Shown one piece after another: positions 54,541-64,000 of a stretch of DNA of 64,000 nucleotides (positions are counted from its first letter, which is position 1; each line of letters starts with the position of its first letter). Below the pieces are notes generated by a model. That model did not search any database and was not told the origin of the DNA. It saw nothing but the letters and a program-made list of their open reading frames with translations. The stretch is from Epithemia pelagica (Eukaryota > Protista > Bacillariophyta). The stretch is from positions 6,820,001 through 6,884,000 of the forward strand of contig OX337228.1 in assembly GCA_946965045.2 (NCBI GenBank), in the 5' to 3' direction. Made by a program: the position numbers and the translations under genes.

Positions 54541-57398
54541 TTGGACCGCTGCTGCTCTGTGGTGCTGCTTTTGTAATAGGATCTGGTACTATGGTCGGAG
54601 GAGGATGAGATGCCTTGTTGTTCTCCTACGGCTTCACTTGAATGTTTGAGTTTCATACTGATACAAAACCATTCCACTTGACAATGAACCGACTCCAACA
54701 GTATGGAACGCCAACTTCAAAGGAAAACAGCCGCGAGAATTCCAACAGGAACGGCAAATGGTCCTACAATTTTCTGGACCATGGTAACAAGTCGTACGAC
54801 TGTCATGAGAGTCGCTTGTGTGGTTTGAGCCAGCCGCGTTTGTCGATCATTCCATCCATCCATCCATCATAGGACTGAACGCTCCAGGTTTCATCGTACT
54901 CTTTGTGTTGATTCTTATCCGACAGAATACTGTAGGCAATGCACGGTCCGCTCGAACATTGTGATTTTGATCTGGATGTACACGGGTGACCATGCTGCGA
55001 TATAGGCCTTGCGAATATCCGCAGCACTCCGATCAAAGAATCGCAGCTTTTCACTGGCCACAAGTCGTCTGAGCCATTGGGCGCATCGACTGACTCAAGG
55101 CTTGTTGGCGACTGAGTACTGTGGAGGAGTCACGATTTTCCGAAACTCTCAATAAACAAGACACCAACCGAGCGTCTTGCCTTTTCTTTTGGTGGGTCTT
55201 CTTTTGCTCTTGACGACGACTCTTGTTTTGAACCTTGTCTTCAAACTCTGCATCGCGTTCTGGAGCACGCCCTCAAAGACTCACTGTGGTCTCGTCGTGT
55301 GCAGGCTTGTCATCCTCCTGATATCGTACGAATTGTACGGATCATGAAACTCGGCCTCTGTGGACCAACGAAGGCCATCACCAACACGGTCTGGATCTTC
55401 CTTCTTCTCCAAGCAGCCATCATCATCATTCTCCTCCTCCTCCTCTTTGTGCTGGCCTATCAAGCTCGCCAATCGACTTGAAATCTTATGGCACAAATCC
55501 ACCGCCTGTGCAGAACGGTCCTTTCTCGAACTCGTCGAGTCGTCATTGCTGTCGGAATCAAAGTCAGAGAACTAGTTAGGATAGATTGAGTCTTGAGTGT
55601 GAATCAACCACACGGAGGTGTACTCCTTATCGAGAGGATTCCAAAGGGCAACTACACTATGCCTTCTAATTGGAGGTTTGAATCTATTCTTCCAGCTGCC
55701 GCGCTCACCCACTCTACCGCCTGGGGTTAAGTCGACCGACTGCCCTGGCGCCATGACACTCGGAATCATGGAGCGGGGGGACAGCCCGCTTCAAGGGGCC
55801 ACATAGACGAACCGTTTTTCCGGGCCCCACATCTAGCCCTCCCAACCACCTAATCACAGCGGACTCGAACCCTGGACACTGGACACCCAAGAACTGCCTT
55901 CTAATTGGAGGGTTTCCTGCTGCTACCAAGTTTTGGTCGCACATTTCGCGCTCGCGAGGGAACCGGGCCGCCTCGCGTGGGCGCGCAAGTTCGAACGACA
56001 GAAGTGGGTCGCTCGTGAATCGGTCGACGATACGACAACATGGTATAGGTAGTTTCTGTGGTTTTCCTCTAGAATAGCCCATACTGTAGACAAGACACGT
56101 ATCTTTTCAACACAAGTATCCTTCAGATCTTTTTCTCGCTCAAAAGATCCACAGTCATCAGTTTGGTCGACTACTCCATGTTCGTTGGACTTGAGTGTGT
56201 GTGTTTGTTTTACAAAATCTCGAATATCATGGTGCAAGGAATTGTCCTTCTCAAGACGGATTCATTCTCCACAGGAATTCGCCACGGGAGAATTGGTGTC
56301 CCATAAGGTTGCTGCTGTGACAACCAATATGGAGGAACTATAGGAATTGATGGTTCAGAATGCCAAGACGGCCTTGCCGTCGAGGACGACCAAGAAAGTG
56401 CCAGTGCATCGGAAAATTCACAACAGGAACGCGAATCGGAAAGCGCAACTCCAATGACCATGGAAACGCCAATTCGGCAGCCCGTGTCGTCCAACGGAGA
56501 ACCTTTGGCACTTTTTGGATTGGAGAAACGTTTGGCCATGATTGCGCACCTCGTCGATATCTCAAGTCCATCGAAGACCCGAAACCAGCAAACTCAAAGC
56601 ATCGTGGACCCCTGCGTTCGACTTTGACCGTGTCGACGAGGCTTGTTTACTCCAGAACGCCTCCAATGGTGGTTGTGCCCAGTTTCTTGTAGAGGCCGTG
56701 TGGCAACACCCCAACGAAACGAGTCTCCTCTCTGGGTCACTCAACGATCGACTGCATCTATGGAGCGATTTGACACAATGAGAGAGGATGAACCATAGCG
56801 CAAAAAGATGTGTTGTCCAATCGGAAGAAAACAAAATACAAGAGTGCCACTGGAAACAAGAAGGTTTCGCAGAATGAACGAGAACCAAGTATGAAGGTGC
56901 TAAAGAGCGTAGTTGAGGGTGGTGGTGTTTTGAAAAAGAGAGAAAGATAAGAAAGGGACAATACGCCAAGGGAGATCGACTACGAATAGGATGATGGATT
57001 TGGACCATCAAGTTTCCGGAAAAAGAAGGGTCGCTCTGGTGTAGGGAAGGCAAGAAAGCTCACAAAGAAGCGCATGAAGTAGCTTCAGCCACTTAAACAG
57101 CAATTACCATTCAACTAAAAGGGGAAGACTTTGTGGTTTGGATCGTCTCCTCCAGTTCCACCGTCAGGACTCCATCAAACATCCTCCAAGTCCAACTTGT
57201 CTCAACAACGTCTCAGAAGAAGAAGAAACCAAGATGAGTGACTACGACGACGTCTACCACGGCGATGACGACGACCAAGATCCTCCTCCATTCATGATTG
57301 GACATGAACATCCCTTGTTGCCACCGCTGTTGCCATCCACGACGATGGAGCTTTCCCTTGACGACGAACCACCTACCGAAAACAGAGACGAACTCAAA

Positions 57399-57836
57399 TG
57401 CAACTCTTGGATTTGGCACTGGCGGCTCTTCGAGGGTTGCATCGCATCCATCACGATCGCAGGGCAGTCATGGAAAACACTCTGGTGGCACAATCCCTGG
57501 AGCAACTTCATGCGGAACAAGACAAGGATCAGGGCAAACCAAACAGCTTTTGGCAAACAACCGTCAAGGGCATTGTCAACTTTTTGACCGGTCGTGCACA
57601 AAAAGAAGAAGAAGAAGCAGACTCTGAATCGAAACCAGACGACAATCCGAAAAACTCCAAATCGGATACGGCGATTCACGAGTATACCAAAGTGGGACAA
57701 TCCACCACTCTCAACGTGTTGCGACCCGCTCTTTTCGGTTGCCCGTTTGCTCCAAGCTCAACAACCACATCGTCGTAATCTACTCCGACAGGAATTGGAT
57801 TCACCTTGCCCAGAATATTGTCGAGAGGTTTCGGAA
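57399..57836 (+). pseudogene. Fragment B1 of the 20759-23803 gene
   Basis: Matches A1 and about 22036-22475. Confidence 0.9.
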
Positions 57837-58600
57837 AAAGAAGGGTCGCGCTGGTGTAGGGAAGGCAAGAAAGCTCACAAAGAAGCACATGAAGTAGCTC
57901 CAGCCACTTAAACAGCAATTACCATTTATCCTCTCTGATTGTAGACTATACTCCTAGGAATCACTAGTCAGCAATATTGTCGTGCATGTTCAAATGTTCC
58001 ACTTGCTATTGTTACCGCTACATGTTATATAGAAACATTTTAGGATTCAGCGGGTAGGGAAGCGGAGGAATCAATGGATTCTCCAGGGGCAACTATGGCA
58101 CTCTTCCCCAATGGCAACCGACACACCAACAAGGACATCTCCGACAAGGACTCTAGCTAGACTCAGCTGATGTAGGAGTAGGAAGTTATTCACAAATACA
58201 GCGGGTAGGGAAGCCCGGAGGAATCAATGGATTCTCCAGGGGCAACTATGGCACTCTTCCCCAATGGCACAGAGACCGAAGTCTCCATGCCATACGCCAT
58301 ACCTGATGACACAAGGACAAAGTCCTCGTGCCACCAGGGTTTTGTGATAACACCGACAACCAACACACCAACAAGACAAGGACTCTAGCTAGATAGACTC
58401 AGCTGAAGTAGAATTTAGGAATCTGTAGAAACAGAAGAAGGGGTAGAGTGAGTAGGATGAGTAGGAAAGATTCATTACCGACACGACCGTGCGCACGTAC
58501 CACTGGCAACCGACAACCGACAAGTTATTTTTCTTTCTTTTTCTGTTTTTTTTATTTTTTTTCTTTTTCTGGGTTTTTGGGATTTTTTTCAACAGCACCA

Positions 58601-59374
58601 CTACAAGTACCCGAACCCCGTACCCGCGGACAAAAGACGAGCGGATCGTCGAACGTGCACCATTCGGCGTCCCTTTTTGGAGTAGGCAACAACAAGGATC
58701 CTGCCCAAACGCGGCGAGTCCTCGGGGCCGGAGGAACTCTCGATCACGCTTTGGGGGGCATTCTCATCGATTTGAGGCGAGGTATCTTTTCGGGTGGGGG
58801 TGGGGGGAGGAGGGGTGGCGACCATGGAAGAAGGGGTAGGATTTCGAGGGGGTGAGTCGTGCCCCAAAGTGATTTCGTCGTCGTCGGGGATGAGCGCGGG
58901 TTCAGGCTCAGGACGGTCGACTGGAGGGGTCTCCTCGTCGTCCTCGAGATCCTCTGCGATTGCGAGAGGAGGGAAGTCCAAGTCAGCGTCGAACTCGCAA
59001 GGCAGAACAGCAACAGTGTCGACGTCGACCTCCTCCTCGCGATCGCGAATCTCGATCTCTCCATCTTCCTGACGACCGGCAAGCTTTTCTTCTTCCTGAC
59101 GACCATTCTCGCAGTTCTTCGCAGCAAGCTTTGCTTCGGCAATGGCCAGCTGTTGTTGAAGCTGAGCTTTGTCGTGTCGAAGCTGTCGAAGCTCCGCATG
59201 TTCGTGTCGAAGCTCCGTATGCTCGCTACTTGTAGTACGACTTTTCTTGCTGAAAATGACCCGAAACAGGTGTTGGACGATAAGTTTCGCCTCATCGAGG
59301 ACATCAGCGACACCGTAACACAGTATGAGAACCACAAAGGGAGCAACTAACAGAGCCCATTCGGAGCTGATCAT
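58601..59374 (-). CDS. Orphan protein Y (copy B)
   Basis: Same ORF as 30610-31350 and 11 codons longer through in-frame insertions. Confidence 0.6.
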   Translation of the reverse strand: MISSEWALLVAPFVVLILCYGVADVLDEAKLIVQHLFRVIFSKKSRTTSSEHTELRHEHAELRQLRHDKAQLQQQLAIAEAKLAAKNCENGRQEEEKLAGRQEDGEIEIRDREEEVDVDTVAVLPCEFDADLDFPPLAIAEDLEDDEETPPVDRPEPEPALIPDDDEITLGHDSPPRNPTPSSMVATPPPPTPTRKDTSPQIDENAPQSVIESSSGPEDSPRLGRILVVAYSKKGRRMVHVRRSARLLSAGTGFGYL

Positions 59375-60239
59375 CTTTTCGTAACAGTAATCACAATCAC
59401 ACATCATCATGGTCAATCGTATTTCGTTCGTATTTGTTTTTTGTGCGTGTTGGATTGTTGCGTGTTGTTGTTGTTGTTGGCGTTTCATGTTGATTGGCGA
59501 TCGGACCCTGGAGCTGCGAGGCAGCGGGGTCGGTTTAACACAGCGCAACAATCAACCGTCGGGGCAGTCTTGCACGCACCTCTACGGCAACAACACGTTC
59601 CTCGAGGGCAACGGAGTTCGGCGCAACAATCAACCGTCGGGTGCAGTTCCACAACAGAGGGGCATCGTGACACGGTCGCAAGAATGGAGATGAAGAATTC
59701 CATTGCGGCAATCAAGGAAGACGCTCGTCGATGCTACATGAAAGGTGCTTCATGAAAGGTGCTACATGAAAGGTGACTACGGGGCTTCAATTCGCCATTA
59801 TACCATGGTATTAGAATGCTATCCGAAAGCCCAGCTTGTATCCAATTGGGAGATTTGTTAGCAGTTCTCCATTCGAAACGAGCAGCCTCACTGTTCATGA
59901 TTGGGTCTATTCGAAGTGTCGGCCTGTGATTGCCGTGATGGCCTTAAGCACATTTCCAAAAACGGAGAGCATTTCTCTAGAGATGGGGGCCACCGCTCGA
60001 AGTGAAACTCTTAGCACGACATGGTCGGGCGCTTCTGAAGCAAGGTGACTTTGATGGTGCCTCCAAATCATTCGACGAAGCGATTTGCAAGGCGCAAGTT
60101 GCCATTGAAAAGAGTGCCGTGGTGCACAGTCGAGAGGACCATATGATTCGAGTCCTTTGTGCGAGATGGGGCTGTGTCGTCCAAACCAAAGCTTTCCCTT
60201 GACGACGAACCACCTACCGAAAACAGAGACGAACTCAAA

Positions 60240-61298
60240 TGCAACTCTTGGATTTGGCACTGGCGGCTCTTCGAGGGTTGCACCGCATCCAGCATTGTCA
60301 ACTTTTTGACCGGTCGTGCACAAAAAGAAGAAGAAGAAGAAGCAGACTCTGAATCGAAACCAGACGACAATCCGAAAAACTCCAAATCGGATACGGCGAT
60401 TCACGAGTATACCAAAGTGGGACAATCCACCACTCTCAACGTGTTGCGACCCATGCTCTTTTCGTTTGCCCGTTTGCTCCAAGCTCAACAACCACATCGT
60501 CGTAATCCACTCCGGCAGGAATTGGATTCACCTTGCCCGAATATTGTCGAGAGGCTTCGGAACGCTTTATCGAGCTCTTGGACATTGCACTCAAACAAGA
60601 TCCCACCTTTACCATTTTGGATGCCTCGCAAACCGAAAAAGTCCTCCAGTTCCTCTGTCTGGGTGGTACCTTGAACAGTGCAAACATCTGCTCTGCCATT
60701 ATTATGCGACACACCCAAATCCGATCGAAACTCTGTCAGTGACGTGGAATTTGTCATGGCCTTGCTGGATTCGTTCATGTCCAAGTCGGAGTCATTAACC
60801 AGCACCTCGCAACATACGACGCTGCTCACCCTCATTTTTCCTCCGCAAGTGGGACAACACTTTACGACATGGCTGGCGCTCTTGGAGCTGCGAACCCTGA
60901 TTGGGTGTACAAGTAAAAGGAGCCGACTACAAACGTGTCCTATGGGCTTATTGGCAAGAAGCTAAGCAAAAAGGAGAAACGCCCCCAGAGGAACTATATT
61001 GGTCCAAGAAAGCATGGGATCTCTTGGTAAAAATGGACAGTCTTACCACTCCCCTGTTAATGAATGCCACCGAGGTTCGAAGGTCGAAATGCTGTACGAT
61101 ATCGATGATCCACCGTCACAGCGCGCCTATGAGATTGTTTTGAACATTATCTGCGAAGAAATTGGTTCCAATGGCGAACCGGCAACACTGCTGTTTTTGA
61201 AAGTGCTTGCCCTGGCCGAACGGAACAAGGTCGATCTGAGTCATTGGAAACTGGGTCATGTCGTCGGGGAAACAAGGGACCGAAACCAGTTGATAGAC
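60240..61298 (+). pseudogene. Fragment B2 of the 20759-23803 gene
   Basis: Matches A2 with further deletions, for example about 125 bp missing at about 60290. Confidence 0.9.
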
Positions 61299-61321
61299 TT
61301 AAGAAAACCGTGCGCTACAGT

Positions 61322-63116
61322 TTAGGTAATGGCAGCACGGCGAAGATAGCTCCACATTTTGTCTCTGCCGAGTTTGCTTTCCGCCGATGTCAAAACAACA
61401 GGAACATCATGCTGTAACGTTTCTCCCATTACCTGGCGCAGCTTGTTCATGACATCGTGGGATACCTTTCCAGAATAGTTTCCCGGTGCTCCTTTGCTAT
61501 TCTTATCCGCCTTTGTTAGGACAATTACATATTTGGCTGTGGGAGGAATGTTTTCCTCGACTTGCTTCATAATAGCGGCATCCTCTTCGGTTGGACCATG
61601 CCTACTATCAATCAAGTGAAACAAGACTCGTAGGGTTGGGCGAGTTGCAATGTATTCTTGCATAAAGGAGGACCATTCTTTGCGTTGTTTTTCTGGTACC
61701 CTGGCGTAGCCAAATCCGGGAAGCTGGTAGAAGCAGCACGTGTGAGAACGAGCGCTCTTTCCAGACCCACGAAACAGCAATTTCACTTACGTCTACCATA
61801 TAGAACGAATCGGCATCCTTGCTTCCATGCACCGTGTCGCCGTATTTGATTTCTTGTTCTCGACCGACCTTGTCATTGACGGCAAAAAAGTTGAACTGTT
61901 GTGTCTTGCCGGGTCGTTTGCTAGTATAGGCCAGTGCTTTGCGGTTCGTCACGGCATTGACCAAGCTACTCTTGCCCACATTGCTTCTTCCGATAAAGGC
62001 CGCTTCTCCTCGATCGGGTGGAGGACAACCATCCATGTTGACTGCCCCCGTCACAAACAGAACGCGGCGTACCAAGGCATTCGAAAGTACCTCGTAGACG
62101 CGGTCGTCATTTTCCGAAGGTAAAGTCATCATGGCATCCAAAACGGCATACACCACGTTACAGGGAACTTGGAGTTTGCTCACTTTTTCGCTGTTGGGGC
62201 CAAGGAAAGACTCTTTGACTATTTCTCCTGTACGAATCTTGGATTGACATTGACTGGCGCCTTGTAAGAGACGCAAAAAGGGCACTCCCAGTTCCGATCC
62301 CGAAATCTTTGCCTGACGCACAGCAGGTCCCATGGCACACATCATACGACACGCATACACTGCAGCTCGAGGTTCTCCCCCGAAAAAATGCCACGAGGCA
62401 ATGGATGCCAGGGCTTGGGCTCGAGATTTTAACAAATTGCAATGTGTTTCAGTCGTTTCCTCCTCGTTGGTTGATATCATGGGCAACGACAATTCCTCCT
62501 CGAGGATTTGGTACGCCTCAGTCCCATTTCCAGCGCGCAAGAGATTTCGTACAATCGCACAACTTTCCAGAGGATTCATGTCATTGCGAAACTGATTTTG
62601 ACGATAGGAAATGGCGTCCGTGGCGATTGCATGATTGTTGAGACGCAAGGCCGCCACGGTCAGTCGCGATAACAAGGATCCTTGGGAGCCATTGGCCATA
62701 AACGAGTCATTTGTCTTCTCCAACAACAATTTTGCAATTCTCTTGAGTTGAGCTGTATCTCGACTATTTTGGGCTCTCTTAATGGCCGTCAACACCTGCT
62801 CCGACGTGGATTCGGCCGTCAATTCCGGAGAATCGACCTTGGAAGTTTGTCTTTTGCGATTGCCGTCTTGTTGCGATGAGGCTTTGGCTTTCCTTGCACG
62901 TTCCAAGGCTTTGCGCTCTGGACGAGACAATTTGGTCCGCTTCGGACGAGCCTCGGAATCGTCTTTTTCGACAGAAGTTACAGGATTTGCTGCAGAAAAG
63001 AATCTCCTGACATTATTTGCACCGAGGGTTTGAGGAATGAATTTCACATGGAACGAGAAAGTTTCGTGGAAACAAAAAGCAAGAGGGACGCATAATAGCA
63101 AGGACTTGGAGTTCAT
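61322..63116 (-). CDS. engB: EngB/YihA-family ribosome-biogenesis GTPase with long N-terminal extension, probably plastid-targeted, 2 exons, apparently intact
   Basis: G1 GRSNVGKSS, G2 SKRPGKT, G3 D|LPGFG across intron 61790-61724, G4 TKADK. Signal peptide followed by TFS-FHV. Confidence 0.93.
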
Positions 63117-63326
63117 GGTTCATTGTCCATCAGGGTGTCTTCTTTTGGTCATACGGATGATGTGATCATGTCTCGTGAATGGATGGCCCTCCGAATCTGC
63201 GACCCAAACGCGGTCACGAAAGACGCAGCAAAGGATGGTGTTGCTATTATTTGCTATGGAAGGAGAGATTTCAATTAGGTGTTAGTCTTTATGAATGGAA
63301 ACGAGGAAGAAGTCGATACATGGTCA

Positions 63327-64000
63327 TCACCACCAATTGAATCCTCCTCCCCCATTGTCGTAGCTACCGTAGTAACTAGAAGGGTCCCACCCGGCAGTTT
63401 CTTCACCTGGTTTGACCCGTGTGGCTGCTTGTTGCTGTTGTTGAGGTGGCGGTGCAGCTTGTTGGGGCTGCTGCTGATGTGATTGTGGTCCGTAGCTCCC
63501 ATACTGATACTGTTGGTTGTTATAGCCCGCACCATATCCTGCTTGTTGATTATATTGTTGTTGTTGTTGTTGTTGTTGATGTGGCTGTGCCATGCTTCCT
63601 TCGGGTTGGAAATTCCCATACAAGGAATTTGGGGCATGCGCGGCGGGACGAGGAGGTTGTGTAGTTCCACTGGTAGTCGATACTGCAGAGGGAGGTAAGG
63701 GTGGTGGCCCTTCCGGTGCAGGCGGCAAGGGTGGAAGGCTTCCATTGGGTGGTAGAGGTGGAAGTTTGTCCCCACCGTCATTTGATGTCGGTTCGTTGGC
63801 TGGCTGGTTGGCCTTTTTGCCATCCAGTTCAGCCATGAAAGAGAGATATTCGGAATCAATCTTTTGTTCACTTCCTTGTTGGTTGGCATCACCGCCAGCA
63901 GGATTGGTAGGGTCCAGATTGCGTCGCGTACAATCGCGTGTGGGATGACTAGTGTCACCACAAATGGCACACTTGATACCTCCCCCCATGGCACCCTTGT
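63327..64000 (-). CDS. SF1: SF1/BBP copy B, 3' part only (5' part outside the window), open through the Pro-rich tail
   Basis: Second CCHC knuckle, then ELDGKKANQ, where copy A has a stop, continuing to FNWW*. Confidence 0.9.
   Translation of the reverse strand, partial: KGAMGGGIKCAICGDTSHPTRDCTRRNLDPTNPAGGDANQQGSEQKIDSEYLSFMAELDGKKANQPANEPTSNDGGDKLPPLPPNGSLPPLPPAPEGPPPLPPSAVSTTSGTTQPPRPAAHAPNSLYGNFQPEGSMAQPHQQQQQQQQYNQQAGYGAGYNNQQYQYGSYGPQSHQQQPQQAAPPPQQQQQAATRVKPGEETAGWDPSSYYGSYDNGGGGFNWW

Larger units (their letters stand above)
57458..64000 (+). repeat. Copy B of the segmental duplication
   Basis: Colinear with 29461-34612, 43688-44364 and 52376-53170, with scattered substitutions and small indels. 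It runs off the window end. Confidence 0.95.

Noticed and set aside
54900-57000. Short ORFs between SF1 and copy B
   Set aside because: They are fragmentary and frameshifted with no recognisable family, so they are noted only as decayed coding-like sequence.

Overview
Eukaryotic nuclear DNA, most likely a diatom. The evidence is short GT-AG introns, signal-peptide-plus-Phe plastid presequences and a diatom-type Ty1/copia element; the species cannot be named from the sequence. Bases 1-24 kb are an ordinary gene-dense region: seryl-tRNA synthetase, Tudor-SN, a large orphan, a TPR protein, a DUF92/VTE6-like protein, a mitochondrial-carrier-family protein, a membrane protein and a PPR-like protein. 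From about 24 kb on the region is rearranged. It has a patchwork of gene fragments and a degenerate tandem duplication (copy A about 29.5-57.4 kb, copy B from 57.46 kb to the window end). Copy A carries two large blocks absent from copy B. The first is a young 9.07-kb copia LTR retrotransposon with non-canonical AGTC...GACT ends, inserted in an EngB GTPase gene. The second is an 8.0-kb block holding a class-3 lipase, ankyrin-like repeats, a single-domain PLD-family nuclease and a TTAA-flanked piggyBac-like non-autonomous element. That element is itself interrupted by a Penelope-like retroelement with a hammerhead-ribozyme core. The least explained signals are non-coding: a 152-nt rod-like fold with repeated GA-rich internal loops at 17.1 kb, and a six-copy hairpin-plus-tail motif with compensatory stem changes at 24.7-24.9, 30.1-30.3 and 58.1-58.3 kb. 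No rRNA, tRNA or CRISPR array was recognised. All alignments and folds were done by eye.
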